DNA of 60,513 nt from Alphaproteobacteria bacterium. GTDB lineage: Bacteria > Pseudomonadota > Alphaproteobacteria > DATDPM01. Positions 53,323 to 60,513 of the stretch are shown here, piece by piece. Both the position numbers and the translations under genes were made by a program. Positions within the stretch are counted from its first letter, which is position 1. Every line of letters starts with the position of its first letter. The DNA lies in assembly GCA_036475545.1 (NCBI GenBank), contig JAZGAE010000036.1, positions 1 through 60,513 of the forward strand, in the 5' to 3' direction. Under the pieces are notes generated by a model. That model worked only from the letters and a program-made list of their open reading frames with translations, ran no database searches and was not told the origin of the DNA.

Positions 53323-55137
53323 TCAGGATTCGGCGGAGCCCTCATCGTCTTCCGGCGTATCGGTCTTTTGCGCCTTTTGCGTCTTCTGCGTCTTCTGCGT
53401 CTTTTTCTTTTCGCGCTTGGCCTTGTCCAGGGCCGCACCGAGGATTTCGCCGAGGCTGGCGCCGGCGTCGGAGGAACCGTATTGGTCCATCATCTTCTTC
53501 TCCTCCTCGGTCTCGCGGGCCTTGATCGAGAGGAACAGCTTGCGCTCCTTGCGGTCGACGCTGGTCACCTTGGCGTCCAACCGTTCGCCCACCGCAAATC
53601 GGTCCGGCCGCTGTTCGTTGCGAACGCGGGAGAGCTCGGTCTTGCGGATGAAGCCCATGAGCCCCTCCGCCAGCGTGACCCGGACGCCAGTGTCCTGAAC
53701 GGAGGCGACGGTGCAGGTGACGACGTCGCCTTTCTTGAACTTCTTGATTCCGGAGTCGAACGGATCCTCGGCGACCTGCTTGATGCCGAGGCTGATGCGC
53801 TCCTTGCCGATGTCGATGTCCAGGATCTTGACCTTGATGACGTCGCCCTTCTTGTGGTCCTTCACCGCTTCATCGCCGGGCCGGTCCCAAGAGATGTCCG
53901 AAAGGTGAACCATGCCGTCGATGTCTCCAGGAAGGCCCACGAAGAGACCGAATTCGGTGATGTTCTTGATCTCGCCCTCGATGACCGAATCCTTGGGGTG
54001 CGCCGCCTGGAACTCATCCCACGGATTCTCCAGGCATTGCTTGAGGCCGAGGCTGATGCGGCGCTTTTCCGGATCGACGTCGAGGACCATCACCTCGACC
54101 TCCTGGCTGGTGGAGACGATCTTGCCGGGATGGGCGTTCTTCTTGGTCCAAGTCATCTCGGAAACGTGGACCAGACCCTCGATCCCCGGCTCCAGCTCCA
54201 CGAAGGCGCCGTAATCGGTGATGTTGGTGACGCGGCCCTTGAATTTCGTCCCGACCGGGTACTTGGCCTCCACGCCGTCCCAGGGGTCGGGCTCCAGTTG
54301 CTTCATGCCGAGGCTGATGCGCTGGGTCTCGGGATTGAAACGGATGATCTTGACCTTGACGGTCTGTCCGATACTCAGCACCTCCGAGGGGTGGCTGGTG
54401 CGCTTCCAGGCCATGTCGGTGACGTGTAACAGGCCGTCGATCCCGCCCAGGTCCACGAAGGCCCCGTAATCAGTGATGTTCTTGACCACGCCCTCGAGGA
54501 CTTGGCCCTCCTTGAGCCCGGCGATGAGCTCGCTGCGGGCCTCGGCACGGGATTCCTCGAGCACGGCGCGGCGGGACACGACGATGTTTCCCCGCCGGCG
54601 GTCCATCTTCAGGATTTGGAAGGGCTGTGGCGTGCCCATGAGCGGCGCAATGTCCCGCACGGGGCGAATGTCGACCTGGCTGCCCGGCAGGAAGGCGACG
54701 GCGCCGCTCAAATCGACGATGAATCCGCCCTTGACGCGGCCGAAGATGCTACCGGTCACGTGCTCGTTGTCTTTGAACGCCTTCTCCAGCTGCGCCCAGG
54801 CCTCTTCGCGGCGCGCCTTTTCGCGGGAAAGCACGGTCTCGCCGCTTCGGTCCTCGAGGCGCTCCACGAACACTTCGACCTCGTCGCCCGGCTCGATTTC
54901 GGGTTGCTGCCCCGGGATGGCGAATTCCTTGAGAGGGATGCGGCCCTCGGACTTCAAGCCGACATCCACGATCACCGTATCGTTCTCGATGGAGACCACC
55001 TTGCCCTTGACGACGGTGCCCTCGTACCGCTTCGTCGCGGCGAAGGACTCGTCGAGAAGCGCGGCGAAATCCTCATCCGTCGAAACCTTGGCCGGACCTC
55101 CGGTGGTTTGCGCCTCAGCCATCACCTCTTGAGCCAT
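53323..55137 (-). CDS. rpsA: 30S ribosomal protein S1 with a Lys/Thr/Gln-repeat C-terminal tail
   Basis: 604 aa with six S1 domains (repeated ..G.V..I..FGAFV.. units). AGGAGA lies 5 nt before ATG 55137. Confidence 0.95.
   Translation of the reverse strand: MAQEVMAEAQTTGGPAKVSTDEDFAALLDESFAATKRYEGTVVKGKVVSIENDTVIVDVGLKSEGRIPLKEFAIPGQQPEIEPGDEVEVFVERLEDRSGETVLSREKARREEAWAQLEKAFKDNEHVTGSIFGRVKGGFIVDLSGAVAFLPGSQVDIRPVRDIAPLMGTPQPFQILKMDRRRGNIVVSRRAVLEESRAEARSELIAGLKEGQVLEGVVKNITDYGAFVDLGGIDGLLHVTDMAWKRTSHPSEVLSIGQTVKVKIIRFNPETQRISLGMKQLEPDPWDGVEAKYPVGTKFKGRVTNITDYGAFVELEPGIEGLVHVSEMTWTKKNAHPGKIVSTSQEVEVMVLDVDPEKRRISLGLKQCLENPWDEFQAAHPKDSVIEGEIKNITEFGLFVGLPGDIDGMVHLSDISWDRPGDEAVKDHKKGDVIKVKILDIDIGKERISLGIKQVAEDPFDSGIKKFKKGDVVTCTVASVQDTGVRVTLAEGLMGFIRKTELSRVRNEQRPDRFAVGERLDAKVTSVDRKERKLFLSIKARETEEEKKMMDQYGSSDAGASLGEILGAALDKAKREKKKTQKTQKTQKAQKTDTPEDDEGSAES
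53363..53407. repeat. 9-bp tandem repeat, about 5 units (GYCTTYTGC), inside the 3' end of rpsA
   Basis: Read directly. It encodes ..KKTQKTQKTQKAQKT.. on the minus strand. Confidence 0.85.
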
Positions 55138-55153
55138 TCGTTCTCCTAAGCAA

Positions 55154-55207
55154 TCCAGTCATGCGGTCCAGTCATGCGGTCCAGTCATGCGGTCCCCAGT
55201 CATGTGG
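55154..55207. repeat. 13-bp tandem repeat TCCAGTCATGCGG, three perfect units plus one 15-bp degenerate unit
   Basis: Read directly. The perfect units are 55154-66, 55167-79 and 55180-92; the degenerate unit is 55193-207. It sits in the rpsA leader, and the repeat block ends 16 nt upstream of the rpsA ATG. Confidence 0.92.
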
Positions 55208-55304
55208 TCCCTGGGCAACAGACCCCTGGGGCCCGGAAAAGCAACGACCGCGCCGCCGTGCTGCGGCGCAGCCGGGAAACCGGATCGTGCTCGCCGGGCC
55301 CGGT

Positions 55305-55342
55305 AATCAAGGCCCGGATCAAAAATCAAGGCCCGGATCAAA
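55305..55342. repeat. perfect 19-bp tandem duplication AATCAAGGCCCGGATCAAA x2
   Basis: Read directly (55305-55323 and 55324-55342). The second copy contains the cmk stop codon. Confidence 0.92.
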
Positions 55343-56009
55343 CGTCTCCGGCACGGTTACGCGAGTCGACAAGCTTAAGAGCTGCGGCGAAGACTTCGTC
55401 CGCATCGAGCTCCGTCGTATCGATCAGGAAGGCATCCTCCGCCTTCCGCAACGGAGCCACGTCGCGCTGGCTGTCCCGGGCGTCGCGATCCTTCAAGTCC
55501 TTAAGGACGCGGGTATATATACGCGTGATACCACGCTCCCGCAACTCCTTAAGGCGGCGCTTGGCGCGGACTTCGACGTTGGCGGTGACGAACAGCTTGC
55601 AGTCTGCCCCGGGGTAGACGACGGTGCCAATGTCGCGCCCGTCGATCACCGCGCCCGCGGCGCCGCCAGGCGGGTGGGTGGCGAAGTGGCGCTGGAAGTC
55701 CACCAGGGCCCGGCGCACCTCAGGGATTGCGGCGACCAGCGAGGCCGCCTCCGCGGCCTCGTCGCTCCTGAGTTCCGGGTCCTCGAGGTCGTGGTAGCGC
55801 AGCGACTTGGCCGCCGCGACGGCGGCGGTCCCGTCCGTTGGATCGCCGCCCGCCCTTATGACCTTCGTTCCGACCGCCCGGTAGAGCAGCCCGGTGTCGA
55901 GGCAGGCGAGCCCGAAATGGTTCGCCAAGCGCTTGGCAAGAGTTCCCTTGCCGGCGGCCGACGGTCCATCTATGGCGATCACCTCGGGGACGGCGCGGCG
56001 CGCGCTCAC
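55338..56009 (-). CDS. cmk: cytidylate kinase
   Basis: GTG 56009 overlaps the aroA stop (GTGA). [20 protein letters not shown] is the P-loop. Confidence 0.9.
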   Translation of the reverse strand: MSARRAVPEVIAIDGPSAAGKGTLAKRLANHFGLACLDTGLLYRAVGTKVIRAGGDPTDGTAAVAAAKSLRYHDLEDPELRSDEAAEAASLVAAIPEVRRALVDFQRHFATHPPGGAAGAVIDGRDIGTVVYPGADCKLFVTANVEVRAKRRLKELRERGITRIYTRVLKDLKDRDARDSQRDVAPLRKAEDAFLIDTTELDADEVFAAALKLVDSRNRAGDV

Positions 56010-57355
56010 GCCTCGTCCTCGCAACCGGCGATCCCGGCGCCGAGGTCGTTGAGGAGCTCGGCAAAGCCGGGGAAGCTGGTGGCGATCATGGTTCCGTCGT
56101 CGACCCGAACCGGGGCGCCCGCCGCCGTTCCCATGACGAGGAACGCCATGGCGATGCGGTGGTCCATCCGCGTGGCGACGGTGGCGCCGCCCTTGGGCCG
56201 CCCGCCGCAGCCGTGGACGGTGAGCCCGTCCTCGTATTCCTCGACCTCGACGCCGCACGCCGCCAGCCCTTCGGCGATGGCGCGCAACCGGTCGCTTTCC
56301 TTGACTCTGAGCTCCTGGATCCCGCGCATGGTCGTGTCTCCCTCGGCGAAGGCGGCGGCGACGGCGAGAACCGGATATTCGTCGATCATCGTCGGGGCGC
56401 GCTCTGCGGGAACCTCGACGCCCCGCAGCGCGGAGGTTTTCACGGTGATGTCGGCGACGGGCTCCGCGCCCTCTTCGCGGGTCTTCGAAAACACCAGATC
56501 CGCGCCCATTTCCCCCAGCGTCTCGTAGAGGCCAAGGCGCAGCGGGTTCGCGCCGACCCCCTCTATGGTCACCTCCGAGTCCGGAGCAAGCAGGGCCGCC
56601 ACCGCGGGGAAGGCGGCCGAGCTGGCGTCGCCCGGCACGGCCACTTGGCGGCCCGTGATCTCGGCGTGCCCCGTAATCGTGATCGCCTTGGCCGCGCCCC
56701 CTTGCGTGCCGTTGGTTGCCTCGATCCTGAGCTCGACGCCGAAATGGCGCATCATCAGCTCGGTATGGTCGCGGGTGGCCAAGGGCTCGATCACGGTGGT
56801 CTCGCCGGGGGCGTTGAGGCCGGCAAGCAGCACGGCCGACTTCACCTGGGCCGACGGCACCGGCAGGCGGTAGGTGATCGGCAACGGCTCGGGCGCGCCG
56901 ATCAGCGCCAGGGGCAAGCGGCAGCCGTCGCGGGCGACGACCCGCGCGCCCATGCGCTCCAAGGGGTCGGCGACCCGCGCCATGGGACGGCGGCGGAGTG
57001 ACTCGTCCCCGGTGAAGAGCGCGGTCATGGGATGGGTCGCGACGAGGCCCATAAGCAGCCGCGCGCCGGTCGCCGAATTGCCGAGATCCAGCACCCGATC
57101 GGGCTCGGCCAGTCCTCCGACGCCAACACCGTCGACCAGCCAGAGCCCGTCGTCTGTGCGCGAGATCTCGGCGCCCAGGGCGCCGAGCGCGCCCGCCGTG
57201 CGCAGCACGTCGTCCGATTCCAGCAGGCCGCGGATCGCCGTGCGGCCCACCGCCACCGCCCCGAGCAGCAGGGCCCGGTGCGAGATCGACTTGTCGCCCG
57301 GCACACGAAGGCGTCCGCGCAGGCCCCCCTTGGGCTTGGAAATCAGCGGATTCAC
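56006..57355 (-). CDS. aroA: 3-phosphoshikimate 1-carboxyvinyltransferase (EPSP synthase)
   Basis: ORF 56006..57400. GTG 57355 gives [32 protein letters not shown]... The start is uncertain by up to 15 codons. Confidence 0.9.
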   Translation of the reverse strand: MNPLISKPKGGLRGRLRVPGDKSISHRALLLGAVAVGRTAIRGLLESDDVLRTAGALGALGAEISRTDDGLWLVDGVGVGGLAEPDRVLDLGNSATGARLLMGLVATHPMTALFTGDESLRRRPMARVADPLERMGARVVARDGCRLPLALIGAPEPLPITYRLPVPSAQVKSAVLLAGLNAPGETTVIEPLATRDHTELMMRHFGVELRIEATNGTQGGAAKAITITGHAEITGRQVAVPGDASSAAFPAVAALLAPDSEVTIEGVGANPLRLGLYETLGEMGADLVFSKTREEGAEPVADITVKTSALRGVEVPAERAPTMIDEYPVLAVAAAFAEGDTTMRGIQELRVKESDRLRAIAEGLAACGVEVEEYEDGLTVHGCGGRPKGGATVATRMDHRIAMAFLVMGTAAGAPVRVDDGTMIATSFPGFAELLNDLGAGIAGCEDEA

Positions 57356-57561
57356 CTCAACCTTCCCACATCGACCGGGTGGCGCCGGCCAAGCGCCCAA
57401 CGGCGCTTAGACGCGGCTGTCTCTAGCACAACTCGGCGTGGCGAGGGTAGAGAGGGTTTTGTCACGCCGTGACATCCATTTTTCGTTTTGACAGGCGACG
57501 GCGATCGTGGCAATTGGCAGAGAAACGGCATCGAACGACTGGCCACTCCGGAGGTTTGCCG

Positions 57562-57942
57562 TTGGCCAAGCCGGTATGGGGACAGAAACGGGCCTGCCAG
57601 AACTGCGGCGCAAGCTATTACGATCTGCGCCGCACTCCGATCGTTTGCCCGAAATGCGGCACCGTGTTCAATCTCGAGCCCGTCTCGAGGGCCCGCCGCA
57701 CCAGGGTTGCGGCCAGCACCGTGGAAAAGGCGCCGCCGCCCCCGCCCCGACGCAAGGAGGCGGAGGAGCGCCACGAGGGGAAGGAGTCCCCCGAGGAAGG
57801 CAAAGACGCCGACGACTTGGAAGAGGAAGGCGGGTCGGCCGACGAGGAAGACCCGATCGAGGACCCCTCGGAGCTCGGCGAAGACAAGGATGACATGGCC
57901 GAGATCATGGACCACGTGGACAAGGACGACAAAAAGCCATAG
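57562..57942 (+). CDS. TIGR02300-family zinc-ribbon protein with an acidic tail
   Basis: TTG 57562 lies 7 nt after GGAGG and gives LAKPVWGQKRACQNCGASYYDLRRTPIVCPKCG, the family signature. Confidence 0.7.
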   Translation: MAKPVWGQKRACQNCGASYYDLRRTPIVCPKCGTVFNLEPVSRARRTRVAASTVEKAPPPPPRRKEAEERHEGKESPEEGKDADDLEEEGGSADEEDPIEDPSELGEDKDDMAEIMDHVDKDDKKP

Positions 57943-57961
57943 GCGTTGACCTTTTTTTCTG

Positions 57962-57990
57962 TTGCCCCCACGGTGGCGAAATCATTAATT
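57962..57990 (+). promoter_or_regulatory. possible sigma70-type promoter for tRNA-Ala (TTGCCC-N17-TTAATT)
   Basis: The hexamers were read by eye, about 55 nt upstream of the tRNA. There is no experimental support. Confidence 0.3.
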
Positions 57991-58045
57991 TTACGGTGCC
58001 TCTCCGGGCGGCGCGACTAGGCATCGCCCCCGGGGAAGGCGCTGC

Positions 58046-58121
<76 letters not shown>

Positions 58122-58131
58122 ATCAGATCGA

Positions 58132-58162
58132 GGGCCTGGCCGGAGACGGCCGGGCCCTTCTT
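58132..58162 (+). terminator. intrinsic terminator after tRNA-Ala
   Basis: GGGCCTGGCCG-GAGA-CGGCCGGGCCC hairpin with one mismatch, followed by TTCTT. Confidence 0.5.
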
Positions 58163-58397
58163 GGTTTACCCGTTGGGCGCGGGCGGCGCCGGGCGGCGGC
58201 GTTTCCGGGTGTCGAAGGACGCGGTTCCCCGGCCTTTTCGGCGGATTGGCGGTGCCAAGGATAGGTTGGCGAGGCAGCCCTGATAGCGCGGGCCGGCCTT
58301 TCTCGGGGCGCCGCGCCGCGCACCGATTCGCATGACCGCCTTCGACCTCGAGACCGCGGCGCTCGACTCCGGCCAGGGTCCCCCGGGACGCGGGCCT

Positions 58398-58826
58398 CTA
58401 CAGGAAGAAAAAGATCTTCAGGATGACGTCTCGGACGACGTCGATTTGGCGTAGGAAAAAGAAATACACTTCCCGCACAAAGCCGCCGACGGCGGGGCCG
58501 TAGGCCAGCGTCAGGAGCCCCAGCCCCGAGAAGAGAACGCCGAAGGCGGCGATGTTTGCGAGCACCCAGAGCGGATGGTTTTCCCGCTCCTCCTCGCGTC
58601 GCTCCGTAGAGCGTCGTTCCGGACCGATCAGCAGGATGAAGTAAAAGCGCCGCCAGAGGGGGATCGAAACCCGTATGTTGATCGGGTGGGTGCCACGCCA
58701 AGGCCTGAGCACGGACTCGATGAGTGCGATTTGCGCGTCGGAGAACGTCACTTCGCTCTCGGGAGGAACGCGAGCCAAGATCTGTTGCACCAACGGATGA
58801 GCCTCGTAGCCCTGATTTCTCTGCAT
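58398..58826 (-). CDS. hypothetical membrane protein
   Basis: 142-aa ORF with two or three hydrophobic segments (FYFILLIG, LWVLANIAAFGVLFSGLGLLTLA). Third-position G+C is moderately high, but the locus is lower in GC than its surroundings. No family recognised. Confidence 0.5.
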   Translation of the reverse strand: MQRNQGYEAHPLVQQILARVPPESEVTFSDAQIALIESVLRPWRGTHPINIRVSIPLWRRFYFILLIGPERRSTERREEERENHPLWVLANIAAFGVLFSGLGLLTLAYGPAVGGFVREVYFFFLRQIDVVRDVILKIFFFL

Positions 58827-59222
58827 ATTGTCAATCCATCAGAAAGATCACACGGTCGGCGAAGCACGCGGTTCTAGACGGGCGAGCCCTGGCGCGCCCG
58901 TTCACCGCTTCTCTTGGCCGGCTTCCCCACATCGGCCATTCTATTTCGATAGAGCCGCTTAGAGAAAGTCGCGCGTTTCGGGCATGCGAAGGCGCCGCCC
59001 GCGCCAGTGGCGCGCAGTTCCCGGAATGTCGCGTGAAACCGGGTCTCGCCCGCGCGACCGGAATCCAATGATTTCAGTATGTTGGCGAACCGCTCCGACC
59101 GGCAAGCCCTTCCCGGTCCGGGGCCGCCGCACGAAAACCGAAGGACAGTGCTCCGCCCCGCGCGGCGAAGGACCGAAGGCACTGGGCCACCGTTGCGAGG
59201 GCCACGCCAAGGTCTTGCCCGC

Positions 59223-59447
59223 TTATCCGTGCGCGCCGCGGTCGTCCAGAAGTTGCCGCAACGCGTGGGCCAGCCCCTGCTTGCGATAGGGCTTCCCGAT
59301 CAGGGCGGTTCGCCCGTCGCTTTCCTGGTCTGCGGGAAGATGCTTATCCCTGCTGTCCCCCGTGGTGAACAGCACCTTGAGGCCGGCGAGCTCGCGCCGG
59401 CGGCGGCCCTTGAAAAACGCGGCTGACCCCGCATATCTGGTGTGCAT
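59223..59447 (-). pseudogene. 3' fragment of a response-regulator receiver domain
   Basis: ..LKVLFTTGDSRDKH..ALIGKPYRKQGLAHALRQLLD matches only the last alpha4-beta5-alpha5 part of a receiver domain. No N-terminal half with the phospho-Asp is present upstream. Confidence 0.5.
59409..59438 (+). promoter_or_regulatory. RpoH (sigma32)-type heat-shock promoter candidate
   Basis: CCCTTGAAA (59407-15) and CCCCGCATATCT (59427-38) resemble the CTTGAA-N13-17-CCCCATNT / CYTATNT consensus. It lies upstream of the hsp20 gene. Confidence 0.5.
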
Positions 59448-59537
59448 CCCGGCGGTGCCGAGTGGACCGCCGGGCCGGGTGCCGGTATCGGGCCCTACGC
59501 AAGCATCTCGCTCAACGAAGGAGGAGGTTGCGACATG
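59445..59537 (+). promoter_or_regulatory. ROSE-like RNA thermometer in the hsp20 leader
   Basis: CAUCUCGCUC .. GAAGGAGGAGG: the U(U/C)GCU motif can pair imperfectly with the Shine-Dalgarno sequence, as in ROSE elements of alphaproteobacterial small-hsp genes. Confidence 0.5.
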
Positions 59538-60011
59538 TCACGTGTATCCCTGTTCTCCAGCCCACTTCTCTTGGGCTTCGACCATTTCGAGCGGGCCCTC
59601 GACCGCATCTCCAAGGCGTCTTCCGACGGTTACCCGCCGTACAACATCGAGCGTATCAGCGAGATTGGCCTTCGCATCACGCTCGCCGTGGCCGGGTTCA
59701 CCAAGGACGACCTGAGCGTGTCGATCGAGGACAACCAGCTCGTCATCCGCGGCAAGCATCCCGACGATTCCGACCGTGTATATCTACACCGCGGCATCGC
59801 CTTCCGGCAGTTCCAGCGCAGCTTCATGCTCGCCGAGGGCATCAAGGTGGTGGAGGCGAGCCTCGATGATGGCCTGCTTCACGTCGACCTGGCGCGCCCC
59901 ATGCTGGAAGCCAAGGTGCGCAACATCGAGATCCGCGACACCGGCTCCGCCGACGATGACGAGTCGCAGCAGGTGAGAGTGGACGCCGAAGGCGGCAAGA
60001 AGGCCTCGTGA
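59535..60011 (+). CDS. Hsp20/IbpA-family small heat-shock protein
   Basis: ATG 59535 follows GAAGGAGGAGG. It has the alpha-crystallin domain pattern YPPYNIE..LRITLAVAGF..L.V..E.N.LVIRG... Confidence 0.9.
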   Translation: MSRVSLFSSPLLLGFDHFERALDRISKASSDGYPPYNIERISEIGLRITLAVAGFTKDDLSVSIEDNQLVIRGKHPDDSDRVYLHRGIAFRQFQRSFMLAEGIKVVEASLDDGLLHVDLARPMLEAKVRNIEIRDTGSADDDESQQVRVDAEGGKKAS

Positions 60012-60098
60012 TCCCCGCTTTGAGCCGGGTTGGCCGCGGCGCCGCGGCCACCCGGCCTCGCAGGTGTCGCCGAGGACATTCTTGAAGGAGAGGGAACG

Positions 60099-60314
60099 AT
60101 GACTGATCTAGAGAAAACCCAGCCCCTGACCGTGAGGGATCTGGCGATTCTGGGCATGCAGGACGTCGCCTACATCCGCCGAGTGGAGCAAACGGACGGA
60201 CCCGGCTACATGATCCATGCCGCCGACGGCACGCCCATGGCCGTGGTAGAGGACCGGGATCTCGCCTTCGCCGCCGTGCGCCAGCACGGGCTGGAACCGG
60301 TCAGCGTCCACTGA
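60099..60314 (+). CDS. DUF1150 family protein
   Basis: ATG 60099 follows GAAGGAGAGGG. ..DVAYIRRVE..GYMIHAADGTPMAVVEDRDLAFAAVRQHGLEPVSVH is typical of the small protein encoded next to alphaproteobacterial hsp20 genes. Confidence 0.7.
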   Translation: MTDLEKTQPLTVRDLAILGMQDVAYIRRVEQTDGPGYMIHAADGTPMAVVEDRDLAFAAVRQHGLEPVSVH

Positions 60315-60428
60315 CCCCGGCGGCGACGCGTCTGGCGCCCCTCGCGTCCGATATAGAATTTTCTGAATGACGCACTAGAGCCGCGGCGGCTGGTCCGGCG
60401 CCGGCGTTGAGGCAAGGCTGGGCCGCGG

Positions 60429-60513
60429 CTAGGCGGCGTGGCTCGTCGCCTCCTCGGTCAGCAGCGCGTAGATCGCCTCCGCGCTGTCCGACTCGCGTAG
60501 CTTCTGGCAGATC
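60429..60513 (-). CDS. 3' end of a gene running off the window, possibly PTS EIIA-Ntr (PtsN)-like
   Basis: The reverse strand reads ..ICQKLRESDSAEAIYALLTEEATSHAA*. It resembles PtsN C-termini, but only 27 residues are visible. Confidence 0.25.
   Translation of the reverse strand, partial: ICQKLRESDSAEAIYALLTEEATSHAA

Noticed and set aside
55154-55342. Tandem repeats here (and at 21138-21224 and 8248-8281) as possible CRISPR arrays.
   Set aside because: The units are directly adjacent with no unique spacers, there are only 2-4 copies, and no cas genes occur in the window.

Overview
This window is a very GC-rich, densely coding stretch of chromosome. Its gene content and order look alphaproteobacterial, probably Rhodospirillales-like; that placement is inference from synteny only. 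Most of it is conserved housekeeping sequence. Plus-strand blocks: gmhA-hldE (ADP-heptose), polA, chvI-chvG-hprK-rapZ-EIIA(Man)-HPr-EI, ahcY, a PAS histidine kinase, tsaE-amgK-murU-addB-addA-trxA. Minus-strand blocks: pckG, folC-accD-trpA-trpB-[extra gene]-trpF-pyrF, aroA-cmk-rpsA-sppA-ihfB-lapA. There are two tRNAs, Arg-CCG and Ala-GGC. I found no CRISPR array, no rRNA, no transposase or integrase gene, and no obvious multi-gene defence island. I do not see a large, clear-cut novel system, so I do not claim one. The candidates most worth a second look are small. (1) An uncharacterised 315-aa gene sits between trpF and trpB; it has an unknown Cys-containing N-domain and a gamma-glutamylcyclotransferase-like C-domain. 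(2) A roughly 960-bp cassette is flanked by TA and bounded by 68-bp inverted repeats. It has no transposase, carries a YjfB-like small ORF with its own AT-rich upstream region and terminator, and lies exactly at the ggt stop codon. A 270-bp MITE-like copy of the same ends is nested in it. (3) Four tandem 13-nt repeats lie immediately upstream of the rpsA Shine-Dalgarno sequence. (4) A cobalamin riboswitch precedes cbtB-cbtA, followed by an OprB-type porin whose stop overlaps the start of a HugZ/DUF2470-like gene. (5) A CDP-alcohol phosphatidyltransferase gene appears frameshifted at a G5/C5 homopolymer. Other accessory items are a HigB/HigA toxin-antitoxin islet, an islet downstream of tRNA-Ala containing a response-regulator gene fragment, and several short tandem duplications. 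Coordinates of internal start codons were derived by hand from the ORF track, so treat them as approximate where noted.
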